A stretch of 64,000 nucleotides of DNA. Origin: Octopus sinensis. Its lineage: Eukaryota. How positions within the stretch are numbered: the stretch's first letter is position 1; every line of letters begins with the position of its first letter. The notes under the pieces were generated by a model that had not been told where the DNA came from, made no database searches, and saw only the letters and a list, made by a program, of their open reading frames with translations. The DNA is taken from positions 67,766,001 through 67,830,000 of the forward strand of contig NC_043005.1 in assembly GCF_006345805.1 (NCBI RefSeq), written 5' to 3'. The position numbers and the translations under genes were made by a program. Shown in pieces: positions 54,912 through 64,000 of the stretch.

Positions 54912-55982
54912 TTGTCCCCCCAACATCGCTTGGCAACCGATGCTTAAAAAACTAGTTTTAGATTAATTCTTTCAAAATTCCTAATTTTGTTTTTCACACA
55001 TTCACTTGTGTAGGTTCACAAGTGAACTCTCTGAGAGAATAGTTTCCAATGATCAGAAAAATGTTAAACTGTGTAAAATGTTAGAGAAAGAAACCTTGTT
55101 GTTTCTTACAATAAATACATTTAAAGCAAAATCTTTTCATGGGCCCTTTAAATACTGCTGCGTATCCCCAATTTACTATTTTGTTTACGTGGACCTCAAA
55201 ACCTCAGCTAATACGAGGGAGGTCACATGGACGTTGGTTGGGAACCACCGCACTAGAATCCACTGTCATGTAAAATTATATCTTCTGAGGCCTTCTGCTA
55301 TCAACCACTGTTTATTCTCTACAGAGCGCTAAAATGATGAAATACTGCATATCTGAATTTAACCAGTTTGATTTCTGGAAAGTCATAAACATCGAAAAGA
55401 AATGACAAATGCCAAAGAAAAATATTTAAAATCGGAATAATTTTCCTTGCATCCTAATTTAAAATTTGAAGGATTCCTTTGGCTATAGAAGATGAAGAAA
55501 CATGAATAGAATGCCAACGAAGTTTGTTTCTTTCTTTCTAAAACTATGTACTACTCTATCTTTTCATTTTCCTTTTTCTCTTTTGTTCTTTTTCAGCTTT
55601 GTTTAGAAGGGAGACAATTACTAGATATAGTACTTGTTATGGTTTTCTGCTCTGTTCAAAACTTGACACAAAATTATGCCTGCAGCTTAGTTCTTTTTGC
55701 ACATGACATGACTATTTTAAACCAACTGAATATATTTTCATTTCACCAAAAATCAGACACTGAAATTAGCTCATGATAGATTTTCTGCTTCCTCACCACA
55801 TAACTGTGCTTAACATCAGTTTTTAGCCAAACGTAAGTAGCACTTTCGTAGTAGAGAAGTTACGTCCCATTTGAGCCAATATTTTCTCATTTAAAGTGCC
55901 AATTTTCATTCGATAGAGTTTTTTCATTGCTGTTACCAAATCAGTGAAGACATTTCTATACGGTCACGTAAACGCACACACA

Positions 55983-56024
<42 letters not shown>

Positions 56025-57083
56025 ACACACGTGCACACACACACACACGTGTGGGGGTGGTGAATTCAGGTGGTATGAAAAGATCTTTCAAATTTTCCCT
56101 TGATATCAGCCATTATGTAATCTTCATGAGCTTCCTAAAGATAAATTTTATTTATCAAATGGGTTCGCTGATCCGTCATTTCTTTTATGTGAAATAGAGA
56201 GAAGAAAGAGAAGTAGGAATTGATTGTTTGTTGTTTTTTTTAATGTTATGCTTACTCAATTACATTTAAATGTGTTCAGTATTTCCTAGTTCTTCTATAT
56301 CTATGTATCTATAAGCAAACTGTTTCTGTATACTTATGCTTCATCAGTATAAAGTATAGATGAATCAGTTCACTATGCAATTTGTAAATGGCATTTTCTT
56401 TCTATGTGTCATATAAAAATTGACTCCATAATATAGAAAATAGTTCAAATGTATTCTTATCCGTGACACTTTTTTTTATTTCTCATGAAACTCTATGTCT
56501 ACGCTATTGTGTAAACAAAAAGAATAATTTGTTGATAGTAGATCTCTGATGAAGTTACTGGGTAACATTTGCATGTGACTGAATTTAGAACTCATTGGAA
56601 TAAAAGATGTGCGCAGCTGAAAAAAGAAATTTAATCAAGAAGAGGATGTGACTATGTGCAACAAAGACAATGTTTGTGGATACAAAGAAACAGCAAAAGT
56701 TCACTGGGAAAAAATATTCATTTTGTTCAGTGTGAGATGTCAAATTATGACAGAGATCATTACAAGGAAAAGAGAGAAAGAGAGAGAAAATATTCCTGGG
56801 TTAATCTGACCGCGCCTTTAAGAATTGGATTATGTTACATGTAAACATGTAGATTTGTGAGTATGAATTGAGGTAAGATTGTAAAAGATTGCGAGAGATT
56901 AAATTCCGTTAGCCCCTGGGCATATTTTCAACTGCGGAGACGGAATTAATGAGAATTAAATTGCCTTGCTCAGAGACACAACACGCCGCCCAACCCGATA
57001 ATCGAACCTTCGATCTAACGAACGTGTGCCCAACACAGTTGTTAAATCATACACACAGAAACATACTTATATGTGTTTGCATA

Positions 57084-57337
57084 CTGTAATCCCTCGCCAT
57101 ATCGCGGCTCACCTATCGCGGTTTACTTATCACGGTTCATCTATCGCGGTTTATTCTTTAAGCTTACATCGATTCCTCCGTGGTGTAGTTTTGCATTCAT
57201 AATAAAATAAGTATATACAAATTAAGATATAATTTTTAAAAAGTATACAGTACAATACTGTTTCTACTTCGCGGATTTTCACCTATCGCGGGGCGGGGGT
57301 TTGGAATCTAGCACCCGCGACAGTCGAGGGATTACTG
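57084..57337. mobile_element. Tigger/pogo-like MITE with TA TSD
   Basis: TA|CTGTAATCCCTCG ... CGAGGGATTACTG|TA; subterminal tatcgcgg repeats. Confidence 0.85.
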
Positions 57338-57874
57338 TATATATACATATATAACTACATAGACGCAGACATGGCTGTGTGAGAAGTTTACTTCCCAACT
57401 GCCTGGTCTTGGGTTCAGTCCCCACTGCGTGGCACCTATTTTAGCGTCGGAGCAAATAAAGTTTTCTGCGTAGATTTGGTAGACAGAAATGAAAGAAGCC
57501 CATTGTGTCTTTGTGCCCGTATTTGTCTCCACCCATAACCGCTTGACTACCGGTGTTTGTATGTTTACGTTCCCGTAAACCGATAAAATAAGTACCAGAC
57601 TTTGAAAAAAATAAGTACTGGGATCAATTCATTCTATCAAAAAATTCTTCATTTCTGTTAAAATGTCTTATTGACGAGTTTCATTTCTTCACTTCCCTCA
57701 AAAGAAGATTACATTGTTTTACGCCATTTATTCCTTTGGAATAATATCAGTGATATCTTCGAAACATGTGTCGGAAGTCAAAGTATTTGAATTATACTTG
57801 CGTTAAACTCCATTTATTCATATATATATATATATACATATATACAAATATGTACATACTTTATACAGACACAG

Positions 57875-57912
<38 letters not shown>

Positions 57913-58105
57913 GACTTGTTGTGGCGTCCTGTACTTACGTATATTTATTTATATATGCATTTATATATACATGTAGATGTAGGTACGTACATATATGTTT
58001 GTATGTATGCATATATTTTTAATTATCACATTATTGTCTGACAGCGCCCCGCGTCAGGTTCGTTTCGATTTGTCGGCTCGTTCCATTTCTTGTCTCCATT
58101 CAATT

Positions 58106-58183
<78 letters not shown>

Positions 58184-58232
58184 TGTGTGCGTGTGTGTGT
58201 GTGTATGTATGTATGTATTAGACAGAATGAGA

Positions 58233-58413
58233 TAGGCGTAGGAGTGGCTGTGTAATAAGAAGCTTGCTTCCCAACCACGTGGTTCTGAGTTCAGTCCCAC
58301 TGCGTGGCGCCTTGTGTAAGTGTTTTTTACTATATAGACTCGTGCCGACCAAAGCCTTGTGAGTGGATTTGGTAGACGGAAACTGAAAGAAGCCTATCGT
58401 GCATATATACATA

Positions 58414-58460
<47 letters not shown>
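58233..58460 (+). mobile_element. SINE family B 5' half; the 3' half resumes at about 60310-60515
   Basis: Head and core end at the internal (TA)n; the expected continuation gcttgacaccgatg..gtcaaatgac appears only after the 58461-60293 insertion. Confidence 0.8.
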
Positions 58461-58468
<8 letters not shown>

Positions 58469-58520
58469 ATTGGTGAATTGAAGAAATGGAGCTGAACGCA
58501 GATTGAACAGAAATCGTTTA

Positions 58521-58610
58521 TTTCATTCTACACGTGTTTCGAAAGGCACAAATTACCAAAATCCGATTGAATAATGGACCATATTGTGTCTTTCTCTTCA
58601 GGAAGAAAAA
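58521..58610 (-). ncRNA. Type I hammerhead ribozyme (left arm)
   Basis: Reverse complement of 59994-60084; CUGAAGA at 58601-58595. Confidence 0.8.
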
Positions 58611-59205
58611 AGGAAATCCGTTAGAGAAACAAAAACAGAACAGAGGCGGAGCAAAAACCAAATCGAACTATGCTCCTAAGAGCCCATGGCGAAACTGTTT
58701 ATCAGTGTATGCTGAGAACCGGTGGCTGAAGAATTCTACAGGTCAGGCATCGGTCAATCATGTGGGTGAGGGTGTATATATGTTCTTAGTGACCGAGAAT
58801 AAAGTTCTGACTATTTAAGGATATTGGATGTTTTATAAGGGGCGAGAAAAAATCTACTTAGAGACGTGTGTGTGTGTATACTGTTCTATATATGTGTGTG
58901 TTGGCGTAGGGGTAGAAAACACTTTTTGTGTACGTGTGTGCGTTTGATCGTTCGGCTGTCAGTGGCTACTGCCGTGATAACCGTTGGGTGGCAGAAAGAA
59001 AAAAAATATATATATATTATGTTTTATGTGTGTGTGTGTTCATCTAAGCCTGCCTTGTCAAGGAAACCCCCCGCTGTGAAAAAACCAAGCCCCGTTTGTC
59101 TTACAGGAGTAATTCCCCTTGCAGTGGATAATCGTAGATATCTTAAAGGCTATTTCAGAATTTGTTACCAGGGCTATGGGTGCCGGTATTATTTATAAAC
59201 GCTAT

Positions 59206-59535
59206 TTAAAAGCAGATAAGTGTGTAACGCCGCCAATGGGGGCATCGAAAAGCCGACTGTAAGAGCCCGTTTACCATCCGGCCTCTGGCAAAACAAAATA
59301 TGGAAGAGTTCGGAGACACAAAGGTTACCTGTCTTCTGCCCCTATCAAATGGGAGGGCCACCGACAAATTGACCATTCCAGCCTGTAGCTTAAGTTCGTA
59401 TCTTCAGTCGCCATATTAGCTTACTGAGTCCCGTGGTCTGGCGCTTGTTCACGTCCCGAAAAGTTGCGTAATGATTGGAGACACGCAAAGACAATCTTGA
59501 GATGATGCCCCTACATAAGTGAAGACATCTGAGTC
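59206..59535 (-). pseudogene. C-terminal GIY-YIG endonuclease fragment of a PLE (frameshifted)
   Basis: Across small frameshifts: FTYVGASSQ..RVSNHYATFRDVNKRQTTGLSKLIWRLK..YRLEWSI..ALPFDRGRRQ-NLCVSELFHIL..MVNGLLQSAFRCPHWRRYTLICF*. Fits the YIG..NH..LSKxIWxLK..W..CxLC..E..N..CxH pattern; only the LC of CxLC is directly readable. Confidence 0.75.
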
Positions 59536-59993
59536 CGGGGGGTTTCTTGACAAGGCAGGCTTAGATGAACACACACACATAAACATAATATATTATATAT
59601 TTTTTTCTTTCTGCCACCCAACGGTTATCACGGCAGTAGCCACTGACAGCCGAACGATCAAACGCACACACGTACACAAAAAGTGTTTTCTACCCCTACG
59701 CCAACACACACATATAGAAAACAGTATACACACACACACACGTCTCTAAGTAGATTTTTTCCGCCCCTTATAAACATCCATATTCCTTAAATAGTCAGAA
59801 CTTTATTCTCGGTCACTAAGAACATATATACACCCTCACCACATGATTGACCGATGCCTGACCTGTAGAATTCTTCAGCCACCGGTTCTCAGCATACACT
59901 GATAAACAGTTTCGCCATGGGCTCTTAGGAGCATAGTTCGATTTGGTTTTTGCTCCGCCTCTGTTCTGTTTTTGTTTCTCTAACGGATTTCCT

Positions 59994-60084
59994 TTTTTCT
60001 TCCTGAAGAGAAAGACACAATATGGTCCCATTATTCAATCGGATTTTGGTAATTTGTGCCTTTCGAAACACGTGTAGAATGAAA
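59994..60084 (+). ncRNA. Type I hammerhead ribozyme (right arm)
   Basis: Stem I ttttcttc/gaatgaaa; CUGAAGA 60003-60009; stem II gaaagacacaa/ttgtgcctttc with a 33-nt loop; GAAA 60065-60068; palindromic stem III ACACGUGU; predicted cleavage after GUA at 60076. Folded by hand. Confidence 0.82.
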
Positions 60085-61387
60085 TAAAACGATTTCTGTT
60101 CAACTGCGTTCAGCTCCATTTCTTCAATTCACCAATAATGTTTTTAATTTCAATTATCCGCACCAACGCACGGTTGCAACGCCAGATGGTTGTACCTCCA
60201 ACCGTGCTGTTTACTGCTGTGATTTTTGCTACTAAGGTATCGGTTAACTTTTGATTAATCTACAACAAGATTATTCATCTTTCTATTTCACATTATATAT
60301 ATATATATATAGGGTATGGGGGCGCAAACATACCACCATCGGTTGTCATTGCTTGACACCGATGGTGGTGTGTTTGTGTCCCCATAACCTAGCGGTGCGA
60401 CAAAAGAGACCGATGGAATAAGTACTAGGCTTACAAAGAATAAGTCTCGGGATTGAATCGTTCGACTAAAGGCGACGCTCTATCATGGCCGCAGTCAAAT
60501 GACTTGAGACAAGTGAAATAATACACAGTTATATGTGCGTGTACATATTTATACGTTGGCACGTATGTATGCGTATCACTAAATAGATCATTGAACCGAA
60601 CATCAAAGTGACGGTATGACACTTCTCTGAATTTTGCCAATTTTTCTACGTTATTTTTTTTTTCCTATTCTCTTTTGTTTACTGTTTTTGGTGCTTCTTT
60701 CTTTTATTGCATTCTTTTTTATTTTATGTATTTATACATTCAATAATGCAGATTAGCGTCAGAACATCTATCAAACAAATATTATGGTAAGAGTCATATA
60801 TAATTGATATCCAAGAATGGTTTTACGTTATCTTTCTATTGTAGTATTGTTTTTATGTGGCCTTTTATTCTGCTTCTTTTTTATTTTTCGTTTTCGTTCT
60901 TCATTAATATTGCATTGGACGCCCACAGCAAGTCTCTCTAAAGATATGAGTAATTACTCATAAAACACGTTACCAATATGAATTCTGAATACTGAGACTA
61001 ATTAATTTTTTTTCTTTTTCTGTTTTTTTTTTTTATATATTTTTTTTTTACTTTCCTAGTTGAACTTTGACATTAGTTTAGAACAAAGTATTGTTTGGTG
61101 AAAGCAATTAACAGGAAAGAAAATAAACGAAAACTATTAAGTATTAAGTAATAAAAACCGGAGCCGGAGCCGGACAAACAAATCTAATTACAAAATCATA
61201 AGTTAGGATTATGTGATTTCAGTAAGGATGAAGAAATAAATAATTAAATTACATAGATTAATTTACAGTGATGTCATATGATACAATGATGTCATAAGAA
61301 TTTATTACACGTTTTGATATTTCTAAACAAAAATGATATTTGACATAACAAAGAAAACACTTTAAACATTTATGTAAAAATGGGACA

Positions 61388-61392
61388 TTAAA

Positions 61393-61470
<78 letters not shown>
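61388..61470. repeat. (GAAA)n microsatellite
   Basis: Directly visible. Confidence 0.97.
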
Positions 61471-61472
<2 letters not shown>

Positions 61473-61504
61473 ATAGTTATTAAATAAAATACTTTTAGAA
61501 AATG

Positions 61505-61645
61505 TATACGTCCCTTTCTGAAGAAGAGCGTAGGCTCGAAACTTAAAAGACTTTTTCTATTCCTGAGCGTTATACTAATACATCTGTTTGTTTTCTACAC
61601 CTGTCTGCGTCTTTTTTTGTTGTTTTTTTCGTGAACTCTCCCCTA
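61505..61645 (+). mobile_element. PLE pseudo-LTR fragment (family P1) with canonical CUGAAGA core at 61518-61524
   Basis: cttt-CTGAAGA-a-gagc gtag gctc-GAAAC-ttaaaag; stem III palindrome damaged. Confidence 0.7.
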
Positions 61646-61849
61646 TACTGAAAGACATTTAGGGTTGTCCACTGACACAGTGGGTGAGGACCCACTGGTT
61701 GGGTTGGATTCGAGCCCTCCGAGTCCCTCCCTGTGTGCACTGGTTATACTAGAACTTGATACACTTAAAGGTGCATGTCAGTATCCTCAACTTAAGATAA
61801 AACAAGAAACAACCCACATCCAGATGTTGAGGATACGTCTGCTTTAGTT

Positions 61850-63305
61850 GTAGATATGAATAAATTGTTTTTACTAAGAGTCTGTCATTTGAATGTCTCT
61901 TGTTTTGCTGCTCAGTTTAGTTTTTAGTAATCAGAGTATCAAAGCAATATTCACTGTACCATATCTCTGCTATTCTGTTTATGAACTTTTCAGAAATTCG
62001 GGAATTTCATGTAGTCTTCATCGTGGTCACTGTCTTATTGAGGACTTATACGGTCTTTACCGTTGTTTTCTACTTCAGTTCGAACTACCTAAGTTAATTA
62101 GAGGAAAAAATCTCATGAAAAGCCCAGATTACTCTGCCCTGTCCAAAACATCAAAACTGGCCTTGTCCAGTTTCATTCTTCCGATTTTCAAAAGCATGAT
62201 CAGGGCAAGCCATTCAGTTTTGCCAGTGTTATCACATTTTGTTAAACACACCAGAAGGCAGCACCATCCGCTCTATTCACACCCTTCTTTTCTAGAAGTA
62301 CTTGAAGAGGTTGATTAGAACATGACCAGACAGAAAAAAGCTTGTCTTCGAACCTTTCAGACTCCACCACAGGACCTCTTTCTCCACAGCTGCCTGACTA
62401 CGAAAGACTAGCCACTCTCCCCTACCAAAGTAAAGTGGTGCGTCGATTTCTGCTTTAGACTTAACTGATAAACGGAATCGGCTGTTGGTATTTTCATGTC
62501 TTTTGAGGAGGTCTCAAATAAGTAATGCACCCTTGTAGAACCTCTTCTAGCGCTAATGGGGATTTGATCCAATTCTGGAACTGGGAGCCATAGTGGGCTG
62601 AGAACTGGGGTTTGCTGTTACTGTTACAGAGCATCTGTTGCTCACCGTCATATTTCTTTATTTGTATCTTTCCCGGTTCTTCAGGATAAAAAAAACTCCA
62701 AAGTGTTACTTGTTTTTGCAAGAGCTGCATTTTGACATTGTTCCCTGCAAAATGAGTCTCAAGCATTTCGCTTAGCATTTACGAAGAGGAGCATCTCCGG
62801 TATGACTCTTTGGTTTTAAAGGATTCATAAGAAATCTTGACTCTTCTTAATCACTTATTGCCCCACGACAGTCCTTCACTAACTACTTGACTACATTGTA
62901 ACAGAGTGGTGACAGCGAGCAAGGGTCAGCCTTCACGTTTACCGTTATATTTCTCTCCCTTAATACCGGGCTACAGACGAATAGCTCAGCGTGTGCCTTT
63001 GGGAAACATTCTCTGCTCTTTTTGGGGACTCGAAAATGTTCTTGTGAGAGTATCTGAAATCTCCTTTTTTCTTTTTTTTTCCAGTAAGTAGATAAAAACA
63101 ATTCTTTCTTTGCTCGTCTCATTCCTGTATAAAGACGTCGGTCAGGAAGATGCCGATTTTCGTAACATGTCTTCTTTTCTTTGATTCTTGGTCCGGGAAA
63201 TGATTCATATTCAAATATTCCATGTCGTTTGTTAACTAGCAAACGTGAAACTGGTTTGTGAAGTAAAGCAAATGTTTTGCTCAACAAATGGTGTATGTAT
63301 GTGTC
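61850..63305 (-). mobile_element. Highly degenerate R2-superfamily (RLE-type) LINE
   Basis: Minus-strand motifs in the expected order: RRAKKELF..FRYSHKNIFES..NVKADPCSLSPLCYNVV (GVKQGDPLSPLLFN-like)..LEEVLQGCITYLRPPQK (LKPxQK-like)..PLYFGRG. The YADD motif is not recognisable. Confidence 0.45.
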
Positions 63306-63599
63306 ACTGTTGTTGTTGTTGTTGTTGCCTTCTTCTTCTTCCAATCTGGACTCATGCCATTAGCCACAAAGAATAATCTCCAATTCGAGCCTATTCTAAC
63401 CTACTAAGAATGCGTGTGGCAACTTGAATATCCGCCCACCACGAGCGATAGACTGGCGTTTGCACGGGCGCGAAAGCTACGTTGTTATCCTCATTCTGTA
63501 AACAGTGGCGTTTAACGGATGGAGAGCTGAACCATCCTGGGGTACAGAGGATTCGCAATCTAGACTAGGTTCTGATAGTTTACCACACCATAGTGGGTT

Positions 63600-63817
63600 A
63601 CACCATGGTTCCTCTGCTTTGTGGCAGAAGTAGGAAGAAAGAGTGAGAGAAAGTTGTGGTGAAAGACTACAGCGGGGTTCAACCCCACCCCCGCCGGAGT
63701 CTCGTAGAGCTTAGGTGATTTTGCTCAATAAACACTCAGAATGATCGGTCTGGGAATCGAAACCGCGCTCTTACAACCGCGAGTCCGCTGCCTTAACCAC
63801 TGGGCCATTGCGCCTCC
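63600..63817 (-). mobile_element. tRNA-derived SINE (further family)
   Basis: Minus head ggaggcgcaatggcccagtggttaaggcagcggactcg..ggtttcgattcccagacc. Confidence 0.8.
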
Positions 63818-63885
63818 CCTTGTTGTTACTGTCGTCGTTGTCGTCGTCATTTTGCTACTGCTGTTGCTGTTGTTGTTGTTGTTGT

Positions 63886-63926
<41 letters not shown>

Positions 63927-64000
63927 GTTGTTGTTGTTGTTGTTGTTGATAACTTTTCCACTTGAGATGTTCAAACTGACATTTTTGACTTTTTTAAAAT

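Larger units (their letters stand above)
58461..60293. mobile_element. Young Penelope-like element, head-to-head inverted insertion in (TA)n
   Basis: Arms 58461-59073 and 59536-60144 are reverse complements differing almost only by small indels; the spacer holds a GIY-YIG fragment; 150 bp extension 60145-60293 on the right only; a hammerhead in each arm. Confidence 0.9.

Noticed and set aside
56545-56575. CUGAUGA followed by a small stem (similar cases at 4685 and 21167)
   Set aside because: No GAAA after stem II and no stems I/III, so not hammerheads.
58534-58818. Duplicated ORF (also 59816..60031 and 59925..60119 on minus)
   Set aside because: Antisense to the PLE 3' region and duplicated only because of the inverted arms; no domain recognisable.
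58461-60144. Long-TIR DNA transposon, foldback or DIRS interpretation of the big inverted repeat
   Set aside because: The spacer encodes a GIY-YIG fragment, the arms hold hammerheads, the ends are asymmetric, and I found no transposase, recombinase or internal complementary region; a PLE inversion explains everything seen.
61893-62318. 141 aa plus-strand ORF
   Set aside because: Lies antisense to the degenerate R2-like LINE and shows no domain features.

Overview
AT-rich, microsatellite-dense eukaryotic DNA made almost entirely of transposable-element debris. The SINE repertoire and microsatellite density look like an Octopus/coleoid cephalopod genome (recognised from memory, not by search). 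I can support no host protein-coding exon, tRNA/rRNA gene or CRISPR array; most ORFs in the track are translated microsatellites. Supported content: (1) seven fragments of R4/Dong-type non-LTR retrotransposons, six of them 3' ends, from at least five families, stacked co-oriented in (AAT)n microsatellites, plus a ~550 bp non-coding element using the same target and strand; (2) a 1.9 kb, comparatively GC-rich, nearly intact CR1-group RT fragment (16012-17902); (3) Penelope-like elements (PLEs), including a very young 1.8 kb head-to-head insertion (58461-60293) with ~610 bp near-identical inverted arms, a GIY-YIG fragment in the spacer and a type I hammerhead ribozyme in each arm, plus three copies of another pLTR with minimal hammerhead motifs; (4) mariner, Tc1, hAT, RTE and R2-like fossils and several MITEs; (5) many tRNA-derived SINEs, some multimeric, one folded back on itself. 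All calls come from manual reading and translation; no database search or folding program was run.
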